A DNA stretch of 64,000 nt from an uncultured delta proteobacterium (lineage in GTDB: Bacteria; Myxococcota_A; Polyangia; Fen-1088). The notes under the pieces are model-generated. The model ran no database searches. It saw only the letters and a list, made by a program, of their open reading frames with translations, and was not told the origin of the DNA. The DNA lies in NCBI GenBank assembly GCA_963767925.1, contig CAVYGB010000008.1, positions 928,001 through 992,000 on the forward strand, written 5' to 3'. The translations under genes were made by a program, and so were the position numbers. Positions 21,035 through 30,611 of this stretch are shown here, in pieces (within the stretch, counting starts at the first letter, position 1; each line of letters begins with the position of its first letter).

Positions 21035-21340
21035 TTGAAGCGGGTCATCCTCGTCGTCGCGTTCGCGCTGTTCGCCGTGCAGGCGAGCGGTCTCGCCCAG
21101 GGGGTGGAGATCCCGTGCGCGGAGCGCTGCCAGGACGACGGGCCCGATGGCCGCTGCGCCCCCACCTGCCAGGATTGTCTCTGCTGCGCCCAGGTCCGGG
21201 TGTACCCGGCGGGCGCACCCACCGCGCTGGTCCCCACGCAGCCGGTCGCGCGGATCGCCTGGCCGGCGCAAGCGACGCCGGCTTCGCCCGACCCGGGTGA
21301 GATCCTGCGGGTCCCCAAGGGCGCTCCGATCCGAACCTGA
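21035..21340 (+). CDS. Small Cys-rich exported/leader protein (CzcI/DUF2946-like)
   Basis: Hydrophobic N-terminus, C-x3-C..C-x3-C-x2-C-x-CC cluster, Pro-rich tail with EILRVPK; directly upstream of the efflux operon. Confidence 0.65.
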   Translation: MKRVILVVAFALFAVQASGLAQGVEIPCAERCQDDGPDGRCAPTCQDCLCCAQVRVYPAGAPTALVPTQPVARIAWPAQATPASPDPGEILRVPKGAPIRT

Positions 21341-21501
21341 AGCGCCTGGCTGCCGCCAGGACAGAACGCCAGAGGTGACCCGGGGAGTCCCCGGGCGGCA
21401 CCCTGCGATGGTCAGCGTCCGCCGATCGCGCGCGCCTGTGCGTGCCGGCCGGGCGCGCCCGAACCACCCGATCCATCCGCGCCCACGTCGAGAGATCCAC
21501 C

Positions 21502-22725
21502 ATGTCCCGCAAGCTCCTGTCCGCGACGGCGGCGGCGTTGTTCACGCTGCCCGCCTGGCCAACCTCTGCCCAGCCGTCCCTCACCCTCGATCGGGCCCTC
21601 GTCCTGGCCCGGGAGCGGGCGCCGGCCGTGCTGGCCGCCCGGCTGCAGATCGAGGAGGCCCGGGGCCACCTCTCCGGAGCGCGCGCCTGGCTCGCCGAGA
21701 ATCCGACCCTGAGCGGAGGGCTGGGCCGGCGCCTCGGCGTCGGCCCCGCCCGCCCCCTGGAGGCGCAGGTCGAGCTGAGCCAGCCGGTCGAGCTCGGCGG
21801 GCGCCGCGCAGCCCGGATCGAGGCCGCCGACGCCGGGGTGGCGGCGGCCGCCGCCGGCAGCGAGGGGACGCTCCGGGAGACGGAGGCGCAGGTGGCGCGG
21901 GCCTTCTTCCGGGCTCTGTTCGCGGCCGAGCGGGCCCGGCTGGCGGCGGCGACCCAGGAGACGGCGGCCCACTCGGCGCGGGCGCTCGAGCGCAGGCATC
22001 AGGTGGGCGACGTGCCGATCCTCGAGGTGAACCTGGCCCGGACCGCCCTGGCGCGGGCGTCGGCCGAGGTCCGGGGTGCGCGGGCGCTCGAGCTGGCGGC
22101 GCTGGGGGACCTCGAGGTCCTCCTCGGCCTCGAGCCGGGGGCCAGCGTCGCGGTGTCGGGCCGCCTCGAGGATCAGCGCCGCTACGACCTCCCGCGCCTG
22201 CTCGAGCGGTCCGGACAGCGCTCCGACACGCGGGCGCTGCTGGCGGAGGCCCGGGCGGCGCGCGCCCAGGCGTCCCTGGCCCGGGCCGAGCGCTGGCCGC
22301 GCCTGGGCCTGGGCGGCTCGTTCGAGCGCGAGGACGGCGAGGACCTCGTGCTCGGGACGCTGTCGCTGGAGCTCCCCGTCTTCCAGCGCGGGCAGGGCCT
22401 GCGGGCGGCGGCGGAGGCCCGGGCCCGGCGCCTGGCCGGGCAGGCCGAGGCCACCCGGCGGGCAGCCGAGGCGGCGGTGCGGGTGGCGTTCGAGGTCCAC
22501 CAGCAGCGCCTGGCCGCCGCGCGCGCGCTGCAGGAGGTCCTGCCGCTGGTGGCCGACAACGAGGCGCTGGCCAGCCGCAGCCTGGAGGCCGGCCAGCTCT
22601 CCCTGGCCGACTGGCTGGTGGTCCGCCGGGAGGCGCTCGAGACCCGCCGGGAGTACCTCGAGCGCCTGCTGGAAGCGGCCGACGCCGGGGTGGGGCTGGC
22701 GCTGGCCGCCGGGGTGTCGCCATGA
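21502..22725 (+). CDS. czcC: TolC-family outer-membrane factor (CzcC-like)
   Basis: Signal peptide, ENPTLS, LSQPVELGGRRAARI, LELPVFQRGQG; first gene of a CBA triad. Confidence 0.88.
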   Translation: MSRKLLSATAAALFTLPAWPTSAQPSLTLDRALVLARERAPAVLAARLQIEEARGHLSGARAWLAENPTLSGGLGRRLGVGPARPLEAQVELSQPVELGGRRAARIEAADAGVAAAAAGSEGTLRETEAQVARAFFRALFAAERARLAAATQETAAHSARALERRHQVGDVPILEVNLARTALARASAEVRGARALELAALGDLEVLLGLEPGASVAVSGRLEDQRRYDLPRLLERSGQRSDTRALLAEARAARAQASLARAERWPRLGLGGSFEREDGEDLVLGTLSLELPVFQRGQGLRAAAEARARRLAGQAEATRRAAEAAVRVAFEVHQQRLAAARALQEVLPLVADNEALASRSLEAGQLSLADWLVVRREALETRREYLERLLEAADAGVGLALAAGVSP

Positions 22726-23933
22726 CCCGGCCGCGGCTCTCCGCGCTGCTGATCGCCGCCGCGACCCTGGCGGTGGGGGCCTGCAAGCGCGGGCATGAAG
22801 ACGGGCACGGGGACGACGATCACCCGCCCCGGGCCGGCGAGGCCGCCGGCGAGCACGCGCCGGTGAAGGCGGCCGATCCCGGGCTGCTGCGGGTCGATCC
22901 CGAGATGGTGCGCGACCTGCGCATCACGACCGCCCGGGTCGAGAGCCGGCCCGGCGACGAGGGGGTCACCCTGCTGGGCGAGCTGCAGGTCGATCAGGAG
23001 CGCTACGCCGAGGTGGGCGTCCCGGTGAGCGGGCGGATCCACCGCCTGCTCGCCGCGCCCGGCGATCGCGTGAAGGCCGGACAGGTGCTCGCCGAGGTCG
23101 AGAGCGTCGAGCTCGGCAAGGTCCGGGCGGCCGAGGTGGGGGCCCGGGCCCGGGCCGAGCTGGCCCGCCTGACTCTCGAGCGCAAGGGCCGCCTGGTGGC
23201 CGAGCGGATCCTGGCCGAGCGCGAGCTGGAGGAGGCCCAGGCCGACGCGAAGGCGGCGGAGGCCGAGCTGCGGGCCGCCCGCAGCACGCTCTCGGCGCTG
23301 GGGAGCGCGGCCGCCGGCGAGGGGGGAGGGGGGGCCCGCTTCGCCCTGCGCACGCCGGTCGCCGGCACGGTCCTCGAGCGGGAGGTGGCGCGCGGGCAAA
23401 GTGTCGACCCCGACAAGCGGCTGTTTCGCATCGCCGACCTCGGCAACCTCTGGTTGACCGTGCACGCCTTCGAGCGCGACGCCCTCCGGGTGCGCACCGG
23501 GGCCCAGGCCCGGGTGACCTTCCCCGCGCTGCCGGGACGGACCTTCAAGGGGCAGGTCTCCTGGGTCGGCAGCCAGGTCGACGTCACCTCCCGGACCATC
23601 CCGGTGCGGGTGACGGTGCCCAACCCCGAAGCGCTGCTCCGCCCGGGGATGTCGGCGAGCGCGTTCATCCTGGTGGGCGATCCCGCCAGCAAGGTCATCA
23701 CCGTGCCGGCGGCCTCCCTGCAGCGGCTCGATCGGGACTGGGTGGTGTTTCTCCCCGCCGACGCGCGCCACAGCTTCCAGGTGCGGCGGGTGGGCCGGGG
23801 CCGCGACCTCGGAGGCGAGGTCGAGATCGTGTCGAACCTGTCGGCCGGCGAGGTGGTGGTCGTCGATGGGGCCTTCCTGCTCAAGGCCGAGGCGGAGAAG
23901 GCCCGCGGCATGGGCGAGCGACACGAGCACTGA
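22722..23933 (+). CDS. czcB: RND periplasmic adaptor subunit (CzcB-like)
   Basis: Lipobox VGAC, His-rich N-terminus, GDRVKAGQVL, IADLGNLW, LRPGM, DGAFLLKAE; ATGA overlap. Confidence 0.9.
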   Translation: MTRPRLSALLIAAATLAVGACKRGHEDGHGDDDHPPRAGEAAGEHAPVKAADPGLLRVDPEMVRDLRITTARVESRPGDEGVTLLGELQVDQERYAEVGVPVSGRIHRLLAAPGDRVKAGQVLAEVESVELGKVRAAEVGARARAELARLTLERKGRLVAERILAERELEEAQADAKAAEAELRAARSTLSALGSAAAGEGGGGARFALRTPVAGTVLEREVARGQSVDPDKRLFRIADLGNLWLTVHAFERDALRVRTGAQARVTFPALPGRTFKGQVSWVGSQVDVTSRTIPVRVTVPNPEALLRPGMSASAFILVGDPASKVITVPAASLQRLDRDWVVFLPADARHSFQVRRVGRGRDLGGEVEIVSNLSAGEVVVVDGAFLLKAEAEKARGMGERHEH

Positions 23934-23941
23934 GGAACGCC

Positions 23942-26900
23942 ATGACCCTCGTCGACCGCGTCGTCGCGACAAGCTTTCGCCGGGCCCCGGTGGTCCTGGT
24001 CCTGGTCCTGGCCGGGGCCGCCGCCGGCGTGCTCGGGTTCGGGCAGCTCCGCCGGGACGTGTTTCCCGACCTCTCGGCGCCGGTGTTCAACGTCATCGTG
24101 CAGAACGCCGCCATGGGCGCCGAGGAGCTGGAGATCGGAGTGGCCGTCCCGCTCGAGGCGGCCCTCGCCGGTCTGCCCGACGTCCGCCGCATCCGCTCGA
24201 GCTCCCAGCTCGGCGTGGCCCAGGTGACCATCGAGTTCGAGGCCCGGGCCGACTACCACCGGGCCCGCCAGCTCGTGGCCGAGCGGGTCGCCCAGGCGGC
24301 CCCCCAGCTCCCCGCGGGGACCGACCGGCCCCTGGTCTCCAGCCTGACCGGCCGGCTCAACGAGATCCTGGAGTTCACCCTGGAGGCCCGCCCCGGGGTG
24401 GCCGACCTGATGACCTTGCGCGACCTGGCCGAGTTCGAGGTGCAGAACCGCCTGCTGGCGGTGCCGGGGGTGGCGGCGGTCGAGATCCTGGGCGGCTACC
24501 TCCGGCAGTTCCAGATCCTCCTCGATCCCGATCGCCTGGCCGCGCGGGGCGTGACCCTCGACGAGGTCATGCACGCCGCCGAGGGAGCCAACCTCGACGC
24601 CTCGGGCGGCTTCCTGGTGCGCGGGCCGACCGAGTGGTCGGTGCGGGCCATGGCGCGGGCCGGTCGGGTCGAGGACATCCGCTCGACGGTCGTGGCGGTG
24701 CGGGGAGGGACCCCGGTCAACCTCGGCGACGTGGCCGAGGTGCGGGAGGGGCCGGCGGTGCGGCGGGGCATCGCCCACCGCCTGCGGGGAGAGGTGGTGA
24801 GCTGCCGGGTGGTCAAGCAGTTCGGGGCCGACACGGTCAAGGTGGCGGACGAGGTGCGCCGGGCCATCGCCGAGCTGGCCGTCGGGCTGCCCCGGGGAGT
24901 GGCCTTGCGGGTTGTGTACGACCAGGCCGATCTGGTGCGGGCCTCGCTCGACGGGGTGGGGCGGGCGGTGCTGGCGGGCGCGGCCTTCGTGGTCCTCGTC
25001 ATCTTCCTGCTGCTCGGCAACCTGCGGGCCGCCCTCGTCGTGACGGTCACCATCCCGCTGTCGCTCGCCCTGGCCGGGCTGGTCCTCGAGCAGATCGGCG
25101 TGGGCCTCAACGCCATGACCCTGGGGGGGCTGGCGGTGGCGGTCGGCCTCCTGGTGGACGCCTCGATCATCGTCACCGAAAACGTGGTCCACAGGCTGAA
25201 CCAGGAAGGCAGCGCCGATCGGCGGGAGCGGGTGATCGCAGCCGCCCAGGAGGTCGGCCGCCCCATCGCCTTCGCCACCCTGATCGTCGTCGCCGTCTTC
25301 GCGCCCCTCATCGGGCTGACCGGCCTGGAGGGGCGCATGTACCAGCCGCTGGCCATCGCGGTCATCGCCTCGGTGCTGGCCGCGCTGGCGCTGTCGTTGA
25401 CCCTGGTGCCCCTGCTGGCGAGCCTGCTCATCCGCGGCCGGCCCGGCGCTGGCCCGGACGGGGGCGACGTCTGGCTGATCCGGGCGGTGAAGGCCCGCTA
25501 CCGGCCGCTGCTCGCCTGGTGCCTGCGGCGGGCCGGGCTGGTGCGCCTGGCGACGCTGGGGTTGACCCTGCCGGCGGTCGCCCTGGCCCTGACCATCGGC
25601 ACCGACTTCATGCCCCGGATCGACGAAGGCGCCCTGCTGCTGCAGACCGTGCTGCCCGCGGAGGCCTCGCTCGACGAGGTCGACCGGCTCAACCACCGGG
25701 TCGAGGACGTGTTGCGGAACTTCTCCGAGGTCGACGACGTCGTCCGCCGCACCGGCCGGGCGGAGCGCACGGAGGATCCCATGCCCCACACCGTCTCGGA
25801 CGTGCTGGTGGTGCTGCATCCCGATCGAGCTCGCTCCCGCGAGGAGCTGGAGCGGGCCATGCGGGCCGCCCTGGCGAAGGTCCCGGGGGTGTCGGTCCTG
25901 TTCACCACCCCGCTCGGCATGCGCATCGACGAGGGGCTGGGCGGCACCCCCGCCGACCTCGCGGTCCGGATCTTCGGCACCGATCTCACGGTGCTCGGGC
26001 AGCTCGCCGGGCAGGCCGAGGCCATCATGACCCGGGTGCGGGGGCTGGCCGACCTGCGCAGCGAGCAGCTCGGCGGCTTGCCCCAGCTCCGGGTCAACGT
26101 AGATCGGGCGGCGGTGGCCCGGGTGGGCCTCACCCCCGGCGACGTGGTGCGGGCCGTGCGCATCGGGCTGGTTGGCGAGCAGGTCTCGGAGATCTGGGTG
26201 GGGCAGCGGCGCTTCGATCTCATCGTGAGGTTGCAGGACGAGCGCCGGAGCAGCGCCGAGTCGATCCGGGCCCTGTTCATCGACGGCCATGACGGCACCC
26301 GCATCCCGCTGGGCCAGCTCGCCGAGATCGAAGAGGCCTTCGGCGCCGGGGCCATCCGGCGGGAGGCGGGTAGCCGCCGGATCGCGGTGGAGGCCTCGGT
26401 GGGGGGACGGGACCTCGGCGGCGCGGCGGCGGAGGTGCGGCGCGCGCTCGCCGCCGACCTGAAGCTGCCCCCCGGCTATTTCTTCGACGTGGGCGGGCGG
26501 GCCGAGAGCCAGGCCCGGGCCACCCGCGCGCTGGTCGTCGCCCTGGCCCTGGCCCTGGTGGCGGTCTTCCTCCTGCTCTACCTGGCTCTCGGCAGCCTGG
26601 CCGAGGTGCTCGTCATCCTGGCGACCCTGCCCGACGCGTTCGTCGGTGGCATCCTGGCGCTGCTGATCGCGGGGGAGACCTGGAACGTCTCCTCCCTGGT
26701 GGGCCTCATCGGCCTGTTCGGGATCGCCGTGCAGAACGGGCTGGTGCTCGTCTCGCAGACCCGCGACCTGCTGGCCGCGGGCCTGCCCTTCGATAGGGCG
26801 CTGTCGGAGGCCTGCCTGGGCCGGGTGCGGCCCAAGCTGATGACGGCGGCCACCGCGATCCTCGGCCTCTTGCCCCTGCTGGTGTTGCCCCTGCACGGCA

Positions 26901-27046
26901 CCGAGATCGAGCGGCCGCTGGCGGTGGTCATGATCGGCGGCCTCGTCACCTCGACCCTCTTCACCTTGCTGGCGTTGCCGACTTTCTATGTTCTGGTCAA
27001 TCAGCTGCGGGTTTCCTGGCGGTCGCGGCGAGGCAAGAACGCGTGA
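23942..27046 (+). CDS. czcA: Heavy-metal RND permease (CzcA/CusA family)
   Basis: DVFPDLS, GLLVDASIIVTEN, FMPRIDEG, RVRPKLMTA, GTEIERPLAVVMIGGL; substrate metal uncertain. Confidence 0.9.
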   Translation: MTLVDRVVATSFRRAPVVLVLVLAGAAAGVLGFGQLRRDVFPDLSAPVFNVIVQNAAMGAEELEIGVAVPLEAALAGLPDVRRIRSSSQLGVAQVTIEFEARADYHRARQLVAERVAQAAPQLPAGTDRPLVSSLTGRLNEILEFTLEARPGVADLMTLRDLAEFEVQNRLLAVPGVAAVEILGGYLRQFQILLDPDRLAARGVTLDEVMHAAEGANLDASGGFLVRGPTEWSVRAMARAGRVEDIRSTVVAVRGGTPVNLGDVAEVREGPAVRRGIAHRLRGEVVSCRVVKQFGADTVKVADEVRRAIAELAVGLPRGVALRVVYDQADLVRASLDGVGRAVLAGAAFVVLVIFLLLGNLRAALVVTVTIPLSLALAGLVLEQIGVGLNAMTLGGLAVAVGLLVDASIIVTENVVHRLNQEGSADRRERVIAAAQEVGRPIAFATLIVVAVFAPLIGLTGLEGRMYQPLAIAVIASVLAALALSLTLVPLLASLLIRGRPGAGPDGGDVWLIRAVKARYRPLLAWCLRRAGLVRLATLGLTLPAVALALTIGTDFMPRIDEGALLLQTVLPAEASLDEVDRLNHRVEDVLRNFSEVDDVVRRTGRAERTEDPMPHTVSDVLVVLHPDRARSREELERAMRAALAKVPGVSVLFTTPLGMRIDEGLGGTPADLAVRIFGTDLTVLGQLAGQAEAIMTRVRGLADLRSEQLGGLPQLRVNVDRAAVARVGLTPGDVVRAVRIGLVGEQVSEIWVGQRRFDLIVRLQDERRSSAESIRALFIDGHDGTRIPLGQLAEIEEAFGAGAIRREAGSRRIAVEASVGGRDLGGAAAEVRRALAADLKLPPGYFFDVGGRAESQARATRALVVALALALVAVFLLLYLALGSLAEVLVILATLPDAFVGGILALLIAGETWNVSSLVGLIGLFGIAVQNGLVLVSQTRDLLAAGLPFDRALSEACLGRVRPKLMTAATAILGLLPLLVLPLHGTEIERPLAVVMIGGLVTSTLFTLLALPTFYVLVNQLRVSWRSRRGKNA

Positions 27047-28185
27047 CGGCGGGGAGCCGGGCGGGCCTCAAGTGTCCGTGCACAGGCGTCGATGTATGCC
27101 CCGTGGGCGGGGTGCTTTCGGCGGGGCGCGGGCGGGGGCATCTCCTCGGCCTGCTCCTGCTGGTGGCCTGCGGAGGTGAGCCGATCGATCCGGCCCGAGA
27201 TGGCGGGATCGGCGCCGATGCCCCGGGCGGGGGTGGGGCGCCGGGAGGGGGGCTGTTCCCGGCCAGCGCGCCCTGGTACCGGGACATCCGGCAGGCGCCC
27301 CTCGATCGCGAGTCGGCCCAGATTGTCGCTGGCCTGCAGGCCCGGGGAGGCTTCGGGACCGGGAGCGTGCGCATCGACTTCTCGATCGAGGTGTTGCGGG
27401 CCGAGCCGGGGCTCGCCGGCCGCACCTTCCAGCCCAGCGACGACTTCTTCGAGCCGGACTGCGACCACCTGCCGGTGCCGCTGCCGCCCGGCGGCCGGCT
27501 GGAAGGCGAACGCAGCTACGCCTGCGCGGACGACGGGGACTGCCACCTCATCGTCGTGCAGGGCAGCCGGCTGTTCGAGATGTGGCGGGCCGACGTCAGC
27601 GGCGGGCAGGCCAGCGGCGGCACCTTCGCCGGGGGCTGCCTGGCGGTCTGGGATCTGGGCCGGGACTACTGGCAGGCCGACGCCACCAGCGCTGCGTTCG
27701 GGCGGGGGGACCAGTGCACGAGCGCCGATGCCGCCGGCTACCCCATCGCCGACCTGCTGTTCGACGCCGACGAGGTGAAGGCGGGCGAGATCCGGCACGC
27801 CATCCGCTTCATCTTGCCCAACGATCGCATCCGCAAGGGTGAGTTCGTCCGCCCGGCCACCCACTCGGGCGCCGGGCGCGGCACGCCCAGCAGCGACACC
27901 GTCCCCTATGGCGCCCGCTTCCGGCTCAAGGCCGGCTTCGACCTGGCCCGCCTGCCCAGCGAAGGCGCGCGGGTGGTGGCCCGGGCGCTCCAGCGCTACG
28001 GGATGTTCCTCGCCGATGGCGGCAACATCGCCCTCACCGGCCGCTCCGACAGCGGGACCAGCGCCAAGTGGAGCGGCCTGCTCGGCACGCGTGACCTGGC
28101 CGCGCTGGCGGTGAGCGACTTCGAGGTGGTGGACGGCGGCCCGCGCATCCCGCTGACCCTCGACTGCCGGCGCACCCCGCTCTGA
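27043..28185 (+). CDS. Hypothetical lipoprotein (start uncertain)
   Basis: Lipobox LLVAC; globular domain with SADAAG.P, GEIRHAIRF, YGMFLADGG motifs; possible GTGA overlap with czcA. Confidence 0.75.
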   Translation: MTAGSRAGLKCPCTGVDVCPVGGVLSAGRGRGHLLGLLLLVACGGEPIDPARDGGIGADAPGGGGAPGGGLFPASAPWYRDIRQAPLDRESAQIVAGLQARGGFGTGSVRIDFSIEVLRAEPGLAGRTFQPSDDFFEPDCDHLPVPLPPGGRLEGERSYACADDGDCHLIVVQGSRLFEMWRADVSGGQASGGTFAGGCLAVWDLGRDYWQADATSAAFGRGDQCTSADAAGYPIADLLFDADEVKAGEIRHAIRFILPNDRIRKGEFVRPATHSGAGRGTPSSDTVPYGARFRLKAGFDLARLPSEGARVVARALQRYGMFLADGGNIALTGRSDSGTSAKWSGLLGTRDLAALAVSDFEVVDGGPRIPLTLDCRRTPL

Positions 28186-28222
28186 CCCCTGGAGCCCGGT
28201 CGGACAGCCGTCTCGCGGAGGT

Positions 28223-28324
28223 GGACACCTGTCCGCCGTCGATCCGGACATTCCCGGACGTTCCCGGACGTTCGCCTCTGGTCGCGGCGGACCGGCGGGG
28301 GAACCGCGTGGCACGCCTCTTGAT
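28223..28324 (+). promoter_or_regulatory. Putative sigma54 promoter with three 10-bp tandem repeats upstream
   Basis: TGGCACG-CCTC-TTGAT (28309-28324); CCGGACATTC-CCGGACGTTC-CCGGACGTTC (28244-28273); GGACA-CC-TGTCC (28223-28234). Confidence 0.65.
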
Positions 28325-28371
28325 GAGGAGCGGGCCAGGTCCCGATCACCTCTCACCGAAAGCAAGCCACC

Positions 28372-29762
28372 ATGACAAACCTCCCCACGCGCCTGCTGGT
28401 CTCCTCGGCCCTCCTCCTCGCCGCGCCTCTCCTCGGCGCCGGCTGTGGCGACGATCCGTCCGCCCCCGCCCAGCCGTCCGGGTCACCCGGCGAGCCGCCC
28501 ACCTACGCGAAGGACGTGGCCCCCATCCTCGAGGCCAAGTGCACCAAGTGCCACCGCGAGGGCGGCATCGGCCCCTTCCGGCTCACCAGCTACGAGCAGG
28601 CCCGCACGATGGCCTTGCCGATGGCGGCGGCGACCCGGGCCGGCACCATGCCGCCCTATTACATCACCCACGACGGGACCTGCGGCGACTTCGACGACCA
28701 CGAGGCGCTGAGCCCCGGCGAGATCGAGACCCTCTACGCCTGGGCCACCGGCGGGCAGAAGGAGGGCACCCCGGTGGCCCTCCCCCCGGCGGCGTCGGTC
28801 ACGAGCCTTCGGGCCAACGTCGAGCTGCGCACGCCGACCATCAGCCCCGTTGCCCAGGGTGGGCCGCTCGCGATGAACGACGAATACCGCTGCTTTCCCA
28901 TGGAGAGCGGGGGCGGCGCGGATCGCTTCCTGATCGGCTACGACATCGTCCCGGGCAATCCGGCCATCGTGCACCACGTGGAGGCCTTCTTCGTGAACGC
29001 CGAGCAGCGGAACAGCGCGGGCAAGACCGGAGCGGAGGTCATGCAGGCCCTCGACGACGCCGACCCGGACCGACCGGGCTGGCCCTGCTTCAGCTCGGCG
29101 GCCGACGACCTCGGCGATCAGAACATCCCGATCATCTGGGCGCCCGGCCAGGGACCCATCGTGTTCCCGGCGGGCATGGGGTGCGGCAGCGCAAGAGCGA
29201 TCGTCTGATCGTCCAGGTGCACTACAACCTCGGCCACGCCGGCCACGGCCACGGGGTGGCGGCCGCGGGCGCCTCGGACTCGACGACCCTCCGGCTCCAG
29301 TACGCCGACTCGGTCGAGCGCCAGGCGGTGGTGATGCCGATCGACCTCTTCCTCTCGACAATCGCCCAGCCGGAGCCGGCCTCCCTCCCTCCGGGGATGC
29401 CCTCCACCCGCTTCACCGGCCGGATGACGGGCGCCGACATCGGGCTCGGCTCGGAGGTCCCTTGGGTCGAGGTCGTCAGCATGATGCCGCACATGCACGG
29501 GCGCGGGCTGGGCCAGGAGATGCGCTTCCGCCAGCCAGGCGAGCCGAGCCAGTGCACCTCGAAGCTCGAGCGCTGGAACTTCAACTGGCAGAAGGTCTAC
29601 TTCTACCAGGGCACGCGCCCGCGCATCACCGCCGGCACCGAGATCGAGGTGTCCTGTGACTACGACACCTCGCGGGACACCTCCCCCGTGTTTCCCGGCT
29701 GGGGCACCGAAAACGAGATGTGCAGCGCCATCATGATGGTCGCCTTGCCTCCCGGCCTGTGA
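28372..29762 (+). pseudogene. c-type haem plus copper type II (PHM/DBH-like) monooxygenase lipoprotein, split by a 1-nt deletion (pseudogene or sequencing error)
   Basis: Lipobox GAGC, CTKCH and VHHV are in one frame; QVHY, PHMH and NEMC are in another. One extra G in the run 29178-29181 restores GMGVRQRKSDRLIVQVHY. Confidence 0.8.
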
Positions 29763-29776
29763 GCCTCCGGGGCAGC

Positions 29777-30145
29777 TCAACCGCCCGTCGGGCGCGGACC
29801 GTCGCTGTCGCGGTTCGCGCCCACGACCATTTCGGGAGGATCGAGGTAGAGCTCCTCCGGCGGCAGCGGCATCAACACCCAGAGCGCGATGTAGACGATG
29901 AGGCCGGAGCCCCCGATGACCGTCGCCAGGATGAAGGCCAGCCGGATCAGCGTCACCGAGATGCCGAACTCCTCGGCCAGGCCGGCGCAGACCCCGGCGA
30001 TCTTCCGGCCCCGGCGGGACCGCTGCCAGGAGCGCGGGGCAGAGCCGCTCTCGAGCCGGCTGCTGCAGTAGCGGCACTTGATGGCCTCGACGCGGATCTC
30101 CTCGGCACAGTAGGGGCATCGCTTGGTCGACATGGCGTCAGACAT
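29777..30145 (-). CDS. Zinc-ribbon plus PspC domain protein
   Basis: CPYCAEEI..CRYC; RKIAGVCAGLAEEFG..IRLAF..YIALWVLMP. Confidence 0.88.
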   Translation of the reverse strand: MSDAMSTKRCPYCAEEIRVEAIKCRYCSSRLESGSAPRSWQRSRRGRKIAGVCAGLAEEFGISVTLIRLAFILATVIGGSGLIVYIALWVLMPLPPEELYLDPPEMVVGANRDSDGPRPTGG

Positions 30146-30611
30146 GGATCTCCTCCGGTAAACGCAGGCGCTGTCGGGCCGCCAGCAGCGGCACCGAGGC
30201 GCAAGCCAGGGCGAGCAGCAAGGCCAGGAACAGGGCGAGGCTGCCCACCAGGTACGACGTCAGGTAGACGGGCAGAAAGCCGCTCAGCAGGGAATGGGCG
30301 GTGCGCACGACCTGGGCGTTGGCCGCGACGACGAGAGGCAAGAGCGCCGCCATGGCCGTCAGCGCCCAGACCAGCCGACGGCGGGGCTCGCGCACCCGGG
30401 CGGCGTTTTCGGCCAGCAGGGGCGCGGCCGCCGCCAGGATCCGCTCGAGGCTGCCCGGGCGCGGATCGGCGACCGGGTAGGCCTGCAGCCGCTGGCCCAG
30501 GGCGATCGCCTGTCCGGCGCCCGCCGCGCAGCGGAGGCAGCCCGATCGGTGAATCGTCGCCCCGGGCGATCCCCCCAGCACGAGCGCGGTCTCGGCCTCT
30601 TCGCAGGTCAT
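30138..30611 (-). CDS. Putative membrane anti-sigma factor (ZAS-like)
   Basis: MTC..HRSGCLRC (HxxxCxxC), two TM helices; ATGA overlap with the ECF sigma gene. Confidence 0.75.
   Translation of the reverse strand: MTCEEAETALVLGGSPGATIHRSGCLRCAAGAGQAIALGQRLQAYPVADPRPGSLERILAAAAPLLAENAARVREPRRRLVWALTAMAALLPLVVAANAQVVRTAHSLLSGFLPVYLTSYLVGSLALFLALLLALACASVPLLAARQRLRLPEEIHV

Noticed and set aside
29170..29210. Programmed ribosomal frameshift in the monooxygenase gene
   Set aside because: No slippery heptamer or stimulatory structure is evident; a single-base homopolymer indel is simpler.
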